A stretch of 63,030 nt of DNA, counting the filler, from Chrysochromulina tobinii (taxonomy: Eukaryota), in the NCBI GenBank assembly GCA_001275005.1. It is 6 parts of 6 records of this genome, joined end to end, with 100 filler letters (N's around TTAATTAATTAA, not from the genome) between each part and the next. Parts side by side here need not be neighbours in the genome. Positions count along the whole stretch, not along the records: positions 16,187 to 33,752 come from JWZX01000402.1; 5 more parts are not named here. The stretch is one strand, 5' to 3'. Shown piece by piece: positions 20,145-30,817 of this stretch. The notes below the pieces were generated by a model. That model worked only from the letters and a program-made list of their open reading frames with translations, was not told the DNA's origin and made no database searches. Within the stretch, counting starts at the first letter, position 1. Each line of letters starts with the position of its first letter. The position numbers were made by a program, and so were the translations under genes.

Positions 20145-22229
20145 TCACACTGTCTCTCTGAGCATGCGCAGCGCAGGCAGCGCGTCCTCGAGGCGCTTGC
20201 CGTCAAGGCCGTACTTGGGCGCGATGCGACCCTGGTACGGGCGCGGCTGCGGCGGTGCCGAGGGCTTGAGCTTGGAAGGCTCGGCGAGCGAGTAGCCGTC
20301 GTAGTTGTCCTCGAAGCCCATCTCGGAATTCTTCCAGCCCTGCGGCAGCGGCCGCTCGAAGTCCTTGTCGTGCACGCGGCACTCGCAGAAGAAGCGCACG
20401 TCTTTGTCGCAGAGCGGGCACAGGTTGGCCTCCTTCTCCAACTTCTCCTTCTCCTTCCGCTGAGCCTCCGCGATCTTGTTACGCAGCTTGATCTCAAACG
20501 GCACGTCGTAGTAATTGGCCGCGATCATGCCACGCTCCACATACTGGTCGTGCTTGAAGAGCCGTCCCCAGTGCGAGTCGGCCCCCTTGCCCCGGGCGCC
20601 ATTGTACAGGAGCAAGTTCTCCTTGATGCACGTGATCATGATGCAGGTGCCGTCGGTGGTCCACGTGGAGGTGTTCGGATTGATGGGCTCCTCGAGCTCG
20701 CCTGCCATGAAGATCTCTTTTGAGCGCACCGCCTGCACGTGCAGCAGCCGGCGCGCGAAGCTCACCTTGATCTCGTGGCCGCGGCACAGCTCCGTGGGCA
20801 CCTTGTATGGGATCACACTCACCTCGGACGCGGTCTGCATCCAGCGGGCCGCTGGCGTCTGCACCCACACCGGCTCCGGCTCGTCGTCGTTGTGGACGCG
20901 CTGCATGCCAAAGGACAACGGCTCGAAATGGTCCGCTTTGTGAGCCCGCCCATCCTCGTGCACTAGCGTGTAGTTACGCGGCGGCAGCGTGAGGCGCGTC
21001 TCGCCGTCTGAGGTCTCAGGCACCCAGCGAGAGTCGTCCAGCAGGGCGGCGTCGCGCTTCGCCTCCTCGTCCTCGTCGCCGCTGTCTGAGAACTCGGTCA
21101 CTGAAGAGTCTCCGCCATCGCTGTCTTCATCCGATCCCTTCGGTGCCACCTCCTCGACGTTGTCCTCGAGCACCAAGGAACGTCCTCTCTCCCTCTCGTC
21201 TGCATTCTCTTCGAGCACCAGCCCACTCTCCCTCTCGTCTGCATTCTCTTCGAGCACCAGCCCAGAGGCGCCGCCGCCCTCGCAGCCGCCGGCCTCCCGG
21301 CCGGCCGCCGGCGCCGCCGTGCTGCGTGCTGCGCCGCCTGACTCATCGGGCGGTTCCACACCGGGCATATAGGTGAGTGCGAACTCAACGCCAGCCGGTG
21401 GGCGCAGATTGTCACGATACTCGCGCTCGAAGGCCTCCGCGAGCACGCCGCCCCACTGGGAGATGTCCTTGATCTTGCCCGCCCTCTTCGCGGCCTGCTT
21501 GGCCTGGTACTTGGCCTCCTCATACGCGTCCGATGCTTGGCGGATGGTCGTGCGCTTGCGCGCCTTGGCGAGCTTCTCCTGCTGGGCGTACCACTCGTCG
21601 CGCTTCGTGCGCGCGACCGCAAGGGCCTTCTGCGCGTCCGCATTCTCCGGTTCGAGCTCGCATGCCCTCACGAAAGCTGCTACCGCCTCGTCGTGCCGCT
21701 GGTTGAGTTGCAAGCTCATGCCTAGCCGGTAGCGCCCCTTGCTCCAGTCGGGCGCGAGCTCGACAGCGCGCTCGGCATCGCGCAGTGCGTCCTCGTTCTT
21801 GCCCAACTTGATGTATGTCTGGCACCGGTTGCCGACCAGCACGTGGCTGTTGGGCGTCGCCTCAATTGCGTGTGTGTACTCAATGTATGCCGTGCGGTAG
21901 TTGCGATTCTTGTAGGCGGAATCTGCGCGGCCCTTGTAGACAGCGGCTCGCTCCTCGGGCGGCAGCAGCCGCACGTCGTACTGGCGTCGGGCAGCCAGGT
22001 GCTCGGGCGAGTTGGGGTCGTAGCCCTCCTCAATCGCTGGCACGTGCTCCTGCGGCAGGCAACGGCAGTGCGAGCAGCGCAGCGGCGCGATGTCCGCCGC
22101 ATCGGCAGGCACGCCGTTCGCGACGTACTCGAGGCACGTCGCGTTGCGCTTGCACCAGCCACGGAAGCATCCAAACGTGTCGTACCCCATGTGAATGGCT
22201 CGCAGGTGCCCGATGTGTCGAGCAAACAT
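20145..22229 (-). CDS. TPR plus CS (NudC-like) co-chaperone-type protein with Cys-rich termini
   Basis: Three TPRs (KGRADSAYKNRNYRTA...YTHAIE; NRCQTYIKLG...ALRDAERAVELAPDWSKGRYRLG). CS-like WMQTASEVSV...GELEEPINPNTSTW. Start is 22229 or 22190. Confidence 0.75.
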   Translation of the reverse strand: MFARHIGHLRAIHMGYDTFGCFRGWCKRNATCLEYVANGVPADAADIAPLRCSHCRCLPQEHVPAIEEGYDPNSPEHLAARRQYDVRLLPPEERAAVYKGRADSAYKNRNYRTAYIEYTHAIEATPNSHVLVGNRCQTYIKLGKNEDALRDAERAVELAPDWSKGRYRLGMSLQLNQRHDEAVAAFVRACELEPENADAQKALAVARTKRDEWYAQQEKLAKARKRTTIRQASDAYEEAKYQAKQAAKRAGKIKDISQWGGVLAEAFEREYRDNLRPPAGVEFALTYMPGVEPPDESGGAARSTAAPAAGREAGGCEGGGASGLVLEENADERESGLVLEENADERERGRSLVLEDNVEEVAPKGSDEDSDGGDSSVTEFSDSGDEDEEAKRDAALLDDSRWVPETSDGETRLTLPPRNYTLVHEDGRAHKADHFEPLSFGMQRVHNDDEPEPVWVQTPAARWMQTASEVSVIPYKVPTELCRGHEIKVSFARRLLHVQAVRSKEIFMAGELEEPINPNTSTWTTDGTCIMITCIKENLLLYNGARGKGADSHWGRLFKHDQYVERGMIAANYYDVPFEIKLRNKIAEAQRKEKEKLEKEANLCPLCDKDVRFFCECRVHDKDFERPLPQGWKNSEMGFEDNYDGYSLAEPSKLKPSAPPQPRPYQGRIAPKYGLDGKRLEDALPALRMLRETV

Positions 22230-22575
22230 CTCGTCTTCCCACAGACCGCTGCTGCTGCTGTTCAACACAACGCGCGCACACACTCCGGACCCCCAAGCAC
22301 GAGGGCCACGGTCGCTATGGACGGAGGTGTGGCCGACACAGCCCGTGCTAACACAACACCCGTATTAACACAGGCCGTTAATCGGCGGAGCTTGGGGGAA
22401 GAGCGGACACGCTCCCGGTGTCATTACACGCTTTTACCGGTAGGTCACGTGGTCGTGTGAACGTTAACACGACAGACGCGACCACCGGTGCGAGCGACGG
22501 CACTGTGTGTGCTTGTTGCATGTGCTTGTACGGTCGGGTCTTCACGAGCACGAGGAATCGCCGAACCAGGCCCAC

Positions 22576-25500
22576 ATGATTGCGCGGTTAACGCCGCGCT
22601 CTCCATCGCCGCCTCTGCTCCTCCAGAGTGTAGAGTGCCGCGAGAGTGCACATGATGCACGCCCACCAAGCCGCCGCTTCCATGGCGACACTGAGGCCGC
22701 GGAAGAGTGGCTGCTCGGCAACCACATAGACGCAACTTTTGGCGGGCTAACGCTGCTGCACTGGGCCATCTCGTGGAGCGACGTGGCCCTGGTGGAGCTG
22801 CTTCTCGAACGACGAGCTGATACAAATTGCGTCACGAACGACGGCAAGTTCGCTCTACTGTGTGCGGTCAATGCCCAGCGCTCCCTGGCGCTCGTTGGCT
22901 TATTGATCAAGCACGCAGCCTCACTCGACACACATGACGACGCAGGCTGCACGGCTCTGATGCATGCGTGCGCACACGGCAAGGGCAAGGTAAAGATATC
23001 ACCTTCCCAGTATGAGGACAGCGCGAGGGTGGTCGAACTGCTCATGGCTGCTGGCGCCGACTTTCGCATCCGTGACAAATCGGGCAAGAGCGCCATGGGT
23101 TATGCGTGGCCCAACCTGTGCTTGTGCCCCGGAGAGGATGGAGCCGTCGTAAAGCGGCTGATTGGCGCGAGGGCGGACGTGGACGAGCGCCATCTGGGTG
23201 TGACGCTGGCGTTGCATGCGGCGCGCAGAGCGCATGTCAGCCTCTTCCGCTTTTGCCTTGACGCCGGCGCCGACATCAGCGCGCAAGTCGTTGACAACAA
23301 GGGCCGTAACGTACTTGAGATGATGGTCGCAGATTGCGATGAGACCTGCGACGAGTACATGGATGGGACGCCGTGGCAGGCCCTTCTCCCTGCATTGGCC
23401 GGCGAGTACGCGCAAATCAAAGCATTGGTCCTCGACAAGATTCAGTCGATCATCCACTCCGAGAACTTGTCCCCGACCAAGAGGCAGATGGCGCTCGGAT
23501 GGGCCGCCCAACTTCAGGCAGTGAGTCCGTCAGAGCCGGCCGCGGCTGCAGCGAGCCCGGCTCTGCCTGGTGGCTTTCAGGTCGGAGACGTTGTGTGGAC
23601 GTCGGCGGACTTGTTGAGTTCAGTTGGCAGCGCCAACCTCAAGGAAACTCTGGTCTATGCTGGCTGCCGTGGAACCGTCTTGGGGCCCAACAGCCGTGAT
23701 GCCGCTCGGATGAGAGTCAAATTTGAGCAGGCTGGGAACGGCACTGGCACCATACATGTGAATGTGTTGCCTGCCTCCCACGTGACACGAGCACCGCCCC
23801 TGAAGAGAGGGGGGCTCGCGGTGGGCGACGCTTGCTGGGCGGCGCGCGATTTATACATCGACTTGAATTCATTGACCGGAGCTATGGGCGTTGATCGGAA
23901 CGCGCGGGGCTCGCGTCGCGGGTACCGCGTCGCGGCACTCACACGTGGCACCGTGATAGGACTTCCCATAGGCCGCGGCGTTGTCAATTCGCTGCGGAAA
24001 GTGGCGGTGGCCGTGCTCTTTGAACGCGACCACCATTTCACGCAAGGGAACGTGGGGAGCGTGATTGCGCGGCGTGAGCTTAGCCAGCGGCTCGCATCTG
24101 ACTGCATTGCGGAGGCAGAGCCAGGGCTGGGCTTTCCCTTTCCCGACGTGTGTAGCACCATGCAGATGGCCAGAGAGTGCCAGCAGGCGCTGCAGTCGAG
24201 GGAGCGGGCGCTCGAGGAGGAGCGCGCCTTGCGCAATGAGTCCGCCAGAGAAGGAAAGCCCGACATGGACGAGCAGGCCAAGCAGCGACGGTGTTGGAGG
24301 AAGAAGCCCTCTATGGATGAGGCGCGCAAGTTGCGTGAGGTGGAGCGGGCGAAGGCGGAGATGGCTTACCTAGAGCTCGAGCTGATCAACAAAGAGAATG
24401 CGCGGCGGAAGGCCGACGAGGAGAGTGCGCAGGCAAAGGCGCGGTCGGCAAAGGCAAAGGCGGATGCGAAGGAGGCAGCGAAGGCCAAGGCGGCGCACAA
24501 GGCGGCGGAGGTGCAGCACCTGGTTGCCGATGGGCCTGCAATTTATGGTGCAGCAGCCGAGGGGAGCACCAAAACTCTCAAGCAGCTGCTCAAGAAGCTC
24601 AGCGAGATGGGCAAGATGAAAAGAAAGGAGCTGCTTCGATGGAGACATACAAATGGCGAGACTCCGCTGTACTGTGCTGCGTCGCGCGGCCACGCCGCGG
24701 TTGTGGCCCTCCTCCTTGACGCGCAGTTCTCGATGGACGACCAGCTCGAGCCGGCGAGCTGCGGCCTGGAGGGCGCCACGCCACTCTACGCGGCGTGCGA
24801 AGCGGGATCGGTGGAGGTTGTTCGACTGCTCTTGAAGCGAGGAGCCGAGCCGGAGCAGATGGCAGGTGGACGGCGTCTTGGGGAGGTCGCGCTTGAGAAG
24901 GGCCACGTTCGAATCTCGGAGATGCTCCAGAGCTGCGCCGAAAAGCGTGCCGTAGAGCGCCATATGGCTGCCGAAGAGATGACCACGAGAATGAGAGAGC
25001 TCGCGCGGCCTCGTGGCCAGACTCCATCCTCGTCAGCGCCTGGTGCCTCGGGCGCGTCGTTGCGCTTCCAGCCGGCCCTCAACGCGATTGCAGAGGATGC
25101 AGAGGGGGATGAAAAAGAGGACGAGGCTGACGAGCCAACCGAGGAGGGCAGCAATGAGTATGGCTCAGCAGGGGACAAAGCAGTGGAAGAGGATTTGGAA
25201 GAGGATTTGGCCGACATTGACGAATCCTCTGTGGAGTCGAGTGCGTACTGGGAGCGGCAGCTGGACAGCGCCACGAGCGCAGAGGCGTTACGAGAGGCGA
25301 TCTCGGCGATCGAGCTCATCGCACGCGAGGCCGGGGTGTCGGCTGACTGCATCGCACCCCTGCTGCCCCTTGCGCGCGAGCGGTATCAATCTCTTCATCT
25401 GTATGCGACCACCTCCCTCCTCTTGACGGGTTGTGATCTGCCGTCGGATGTGTTGGAAAGGGGGGTGCTCTCTTTGGGAACCTCTCGAAAGGGAAGCGAC

Positions 25501-28500
25501 GCCTTCGTCACAGCGCATACGATCCTACTGGTGGATTGCTCTGGCTCGATGAGCAAAGCGGACGTGGTGACCGCGCCCGTCGACAACGGGGGCGCAACGA
25601 TGCAGACTCGCGCGAGTGCCGTCCTGGGGCTGCTGAGTCGCAACTTCGTGCGCACGCAGATCGAGGCGGGGGCTGTGAGCTCCGAGCGCGTCTCCCTCAT
25701 CAAGATTCAAGGTGTCGAGACGGCGGCGAGTCTTCTGCGCGCTCTGCCCTTCGCGCTGCTCCCTATCGATCACAAGCTGGCTGGGAAGATCGATGCGGCC
25801 CTTGGGGAGCCGCGCTCTCACGGACCTTACCTGCCAGCGCTCAGCCTCCTCGCCAAACTCATCGAGCTGTGCGCCCCCTATTTGGTACCTCGTGCCAAAA
25901 CGAATGTGCTCTTCCTCTCGGATGGCCGTCCATCCGATCGCGTCGACAGCACAGAGCTACCCGGCCGACTTAAGGCAGCTCTCGGCCGCGTGCACGACGC
26001 CTTTGTGAGCACGCACACCTTCCTCGAGAGCTTCCAGCTGCTTGGCTTCGGCGAGGCCGATGAAAAGCTCCTCAAGCTGATGGCAGGGATGATGCCCTCA
26101 AACGTCGCCACGTACAGCGTCGGCAGCGGCGCGGGCAGCTATGAGTCGCTCGCGCAGTCCGTCTCCGCGTTTGCGTCCTCCGTCGCCATCTCGCGCATCT
26201 CATCCGTGTCGCACATCGGTGGCAAAAGCCGCGCGCTGCGCCGCTCGGTGAGCGCGCTCCAAAATCGCATCTGTCGGTACAGGGACTGTGAGGTCTTCCT
26301 GCCCCCCACTCGCCTTGGTGACTTTGCGTCCGCACCAAGGCCACTTCGCGGGCTGCACGATGTAGAGATTGCAGGCCGGATGCTCGGACATGGCGGCGAG
26401 CGGAATGCCTTTTTGATGCGCTTCCTCACGCCGACCCGCTTCACGACGTGTGACGAGGAGTGGGTCGTCAAGGTCTGCCTCCCGCCTCGAACCGGGCTGC
26501 CTCTCGCCTCGAACCGGTCTGGCCACCCAATCCTTTGCGCCTCGCGTCTGACCACATGGCGCCGCTCTATTGCGCAGGAGAGCCGTCACAGCCGCACGAC
26601 CGAGGAAGAGGACCATTTCCACCGCAAGGCGCTCGTCACGCAGAAGGCGGCGGAGGAGCTTGCGAATCGCTTCAACCAAGAGGCGGAGAGCCTCGGCCTC
26701 GCGGGGCTCCCTAAAGTGGCGTACATGACGTGCTGCCATCTCCAGACCGAGCGCATGGAGTTGCGAATCGGCGAAGTGCCGGATCCCGATGAGCCGGTGT
26801 GCAGCCCTGGCAGCCCTGATGGCCTTCTCCCTTCCGTATCTGCACCTCGGCTGACGAACCTCGGCTGACGAACCCCGGCTGACAAACCTCGGCTGACGAA
26901 CCTCGGCTGACGAACCTCGGCTGACGAACCTCGGCTGACGAACCTCGGCTGACGAACCTCGGCTGACCCTCTGGCTGGCCCGTGGCTGGCTTGTCTCATG
27001 TTGGCAGGCCTCGCGTTCTCTCTTTGCCGAGCGTCGGATTGACGGCGTCTTCCGCAAGTGGAACACCAACTTTGGGGCTACGATCAAGACAGTGGAGCCG
27101 ACGAGGATGGACGCGAACGAGGAGCCACTGAGTGCTGCCACCCCCCACAGTCCCAGCGGCGAGGCGCAGCAGCAGACGATGACGTTCAGCTCGGACCTCG
27201 TGCCGCAGGCCTTCTCCCACTTCACACTCGCCTACTCGGAGCGGCCGCTGTCACGATTCGTTGGGCCCGACGGCACACGCGGACGATGCCTCGTGTGCGA
27301 CCTGCAGGGGAGCTTCGACCGGAGGCAAAACACGTTCCTACTGTCTGACCCAGTAATACACTCAGAGTTAGGCCGGCCGCACCTTTTCGGCGCGACAGAC
27401 ATGGGGCAGCTAGGCATCGACGCCTTTCTGCGCTCGCACAAGTGCAACGACGTCTGCAGGCTGCTCAAGCTGCCGGAGAACTTGGAGTTTGTGCGTGAGA
27501 TCGTCGGGCAGCTCGAGACCTCATCTGTGAATACGGTCGATGTCTCCGTTGTGAAGACGAATCACTTGGTAGAGCGTCAGGGGCAGCGATGCATTGCTGA
27601 CCTGGAGATACAGAGGGCGAAAAAGCACGGCGACAAGTTCCGCAGCTCAAACGGCGCCATCCGGCACGAGCTCGCCGACGTGTGCTATGTCACCACCAAG
27701 GACTTCAAGGTTGGCGTCACGGGCATCCGTCTAGAGAACCCCCTCAGGGCCCCGCCCTCCGCGCGCGCAGCCGCCCCAGCGACGACGCCAGTGCATGTTG
27801 AAGTCTCCATCGCGCCACAATGGGCCGCCGCCGCCGCAGGGCCGTCTGGAGGCTCGCCATCAGCCTCGCAATCAGCCTCGCAATCAGCCTCGCAATCAGC
27901 CTCGCAATCAGCCTCGCAATCAGCCTCGCAATCAGCCTCGCAATCATGGCCGTCTGGAAGCTCGCAGGACGTTGCCCCGAGAGCGGCGGCGAGTGGAAGA
28001 GGCGGGCCTGGGGGACGGGGGGGCGCGGGACGAGGCGGGAGGGTGGCTCAAGGTGCTGGCCGAGGAGCGGGTAGCGAAGGCATCTGCAGTGGAGGCGGCT
28101 GCAGCGGAGGCGTCTGCAGCGTAGGCGGCTGCAGCGGAGGCAGCTGCAGCGGAGGCAGCTGCAGCGGCACTGCTGCAGCCGCTGCCCCGGCCGCCCTCGC
28201 ACCCTCCCATGTGGCGCCGCCGCCTCCGCCGCTTCCTCCCCCGACGCCGTCTCTGCTGGAGTCCGCGACGGCTGAGTCTGCTCGAAGGGACGAGCTGATG
28301 GGCGAGATGAATCGACGAAAGGCCGCGGGCGAGTCTCTGCGCGCTTGGTACCTTGAGATTCGGATGGTCGACCAGCTACTGCTCCTCGAGCACTTGCATC
28401 CCTCAGCGAGATCAGAGCTTCTGCGCGAGCCCGATGAAGCTGCCCCGGCGGTCGCCTCGGCCACCGAAGGCAGCACCTTCATGGAAGTGAGGGCGCTGCC

Positions 28501-29268
28501 GTCTCGGGCGGGGAGAGCCGCTGGCTCGGGCGGCAGCACGGGTGGAGGCGCGAGCCGCGGCGGGTCGGGCGCGGGCGGCGGCTTGGGTGGCGGCTTTGCG
28601 GCCCTCGACGGCCTCGAGGATGACACCCTCTCCAAATGGCAGAGGAAGCAGAAGAAGCGGAGGGAGCAGACGGAGCTTGAGGAGAGCATGGAGGCGGACG
28701 AGATGGAGCAGCAGCTCGCAAAGGCTCATTCGCTCGACACGGCGAGCAAGACGGCCAATCGTGCGCCAGCGAAGCATCCGCGGTACTCGAGCGCACAGAT
28801 CGAAGAGATGACCGTGCGACAACTGAAGCGCGCCCTCGAGGAGCGCGGCGAGAGCTTCGATCTGGCGTGGGTGGGGCGGCCAGACGAGCGCAAGTTGCTG
28901 CAGCAACACGCCACCTCGCTCCGCACCATTTGCACCGATGCGTCGTCGAAGCGGTTCTTCAAGGATGCGGCGAAGTATGGCCGGCACAACCCAGCGTTCC
29001 AAGTGGAGCTCGACACGCTGGCAAGTCCGCAGGCCAAGCTAGAAAAGGGTGCTGTTGATGGGGCGTCGGCGGCCGCGACGCAATCGGCGGAGCTGCTTGA
29101 GCGACGAAGGCAGATAGAGTTGCAGGTGGCAGAGGCAAAGTTGAAGGTGGAGGCGGAGGCGGAGGCGGCGGAGAGGCGCGAGCGCAAGCGGCGTGTCGAG
29201 GCGGCCATCGATCAGCAGCGGCTCGACAAGGCTCAGGGCAACCTCGGCGCGAAAATTGAGCGCAGTCT

Positions 29269-29313
<45 letters not shown>

Positions 29314-30817
29314 CGCAGCCGCAGAGAGTATACCTCAGCCGACGGTGCCTGCACAGCCGCAGCCGCCGACGCCGACGACGACGGCCCCCAAGCCGGGAGC
29401 CGACAGGCCGCGTCCAACGATGTCGCCCGCGCTGCTCGCGGCGGCCGCGCGTATTGGACAGGGCCAGATCGTCCGGCAGAGCACTGTTGAGGAGCCGGCT
29501 GCAGCGCCGCCGCACCCCGCGAAACCACTCTGCGAAACCACCCCGCCTGCAGCGCCGCCGCACCCCGCCAAACCATCCAAGGCGGCAGCGGTGCCGGTTG
29601 CAGCGGTGCCGGCGGTTACAGCGGTTACAGCGGTTACAGCGGTTACAGCGGTTACAGCGGTTACAGCGGTGCCGGTTGCAGCGGTGCCGGCGGCGCCGCC
29701 GGCGTCGATGACTCCAGCGGTGGCCAGCACGGGTGCTCCTGCGCCGTTCAGGGGCGCGGGAAGGGAGCTCTCGAGGTCGGGCAAGGGGGGGGGGCGCGGC
29801 CTCGGCGCCTTCCTGAGGGCATCGGACTCCGCTCCGAACCTAATTAGGACGACGTCGACCTCGGAGGCTGAGGTCGAGCCGAGTGGATCGACGCCCGGCA
29901 CGGCGCCCGGTACGGCGCTCTGCACGGCGCTCGGTGCGCCGCCGCACCCCGCGAAACCAGCCCAACCCCTCGAAACCATCCCGGGCCGCACTAGCGGCAG
30001 CATTGAGCTGCGCCTGGCTCCCGACGGCTGCGCGTACAGCAAGGCTCAGTTCTGTGACTACTTTGACGGCAACGACGAGTGGGAGGCCGCCGCAAAGGAT
30101 GAGGGAGGCAATCACATGCAATCGGCGCGCCACGTGCCGGTCGAGTGGGAGACCGTGCCCGTCGCAGCAGCCGACGGCACTGCCGACAATGCCGCAGCCG
30201 CTGACGCTGTCCGCAGTGCTGCGGCTGTCACTACCAGTGCCGGTGTCGGCGGTGATGACTGCGAGTCGGCGGTCGACATTGAGGCGCGCCCGCCGCCGGT
30301 CGCGGTGCCTCCCGAGAGACCGCCGCCGTACGTACCGCTTGTCCCTTACGGACAGACCAAGAGCGTGGCTCAGATGCTCAAGGAATACCTCAACTCCAAG
30401 AACTTGCGAACAACTCGGCACGAGGACGATTCCCGCGTGTCTGATGCCGATGGCAGCGGCATGCCAAGCAAGCCGGCGCTGGGTCAAGGAGGACGAGGAG
30501 GGCGAGGGGGGCGAGGAGGGCGAGGGGGGCGAGGAGCCACCGCCGAAGCTCAGTTTGGTGACTACTTTGACGGCAGCGACGAGCGGGAGGCCGTGCCCGT
30601 CGCAGCAGCCGACGGCACTGCCGACAATGCCGCAGCCGCTGACGTCGTCCGCAGTGCTGCGGCTGTCACTACCAGTGCCGGTGTCGGCGGTGATGACTGC
30701 GAGTCGGGGGTCAACACCGTGCCAAGCAAGCCGGTGCTTGGCCGAGGAGGACGAGGAGGGCGCGGAGGACGAGGAGGGCGGGGTGGGGCGATGAGCGCCA
30801 CCTCCACCTCTATTTAG
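22576..30817 (+). CDS. Giant ankyrin-vWA-alpha-kinase (~2640 aa); exons 22576-26472, 26578-26796, 27008-30817
   Basis: Ankyrin repeats (GLTLLHWA, GCTALMHAC, GETPLYCAA, GATPLYAAC). vWA LLVDCSGSM...LFLSDGRP...LLGFG. The alpha-kinase is restored by two GT-AG introns: GHGGERNAF..WVVK|ES...TQKAAEELANRFN...|LFAERRIDGVFRKWNTNFG...PQAFSHFT...VCDLQG...LSDPVIH...FGATDMG..GI..F..SHKCNDVC. Confidence 0.85.
26845..26967 (+). repeat. Intronic 14-nt minisatellite (CCTCGGCTGACGAA) x~9
   Basis: Tandem units read directly inside intron 26797-27007. Confidence 0.92.
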
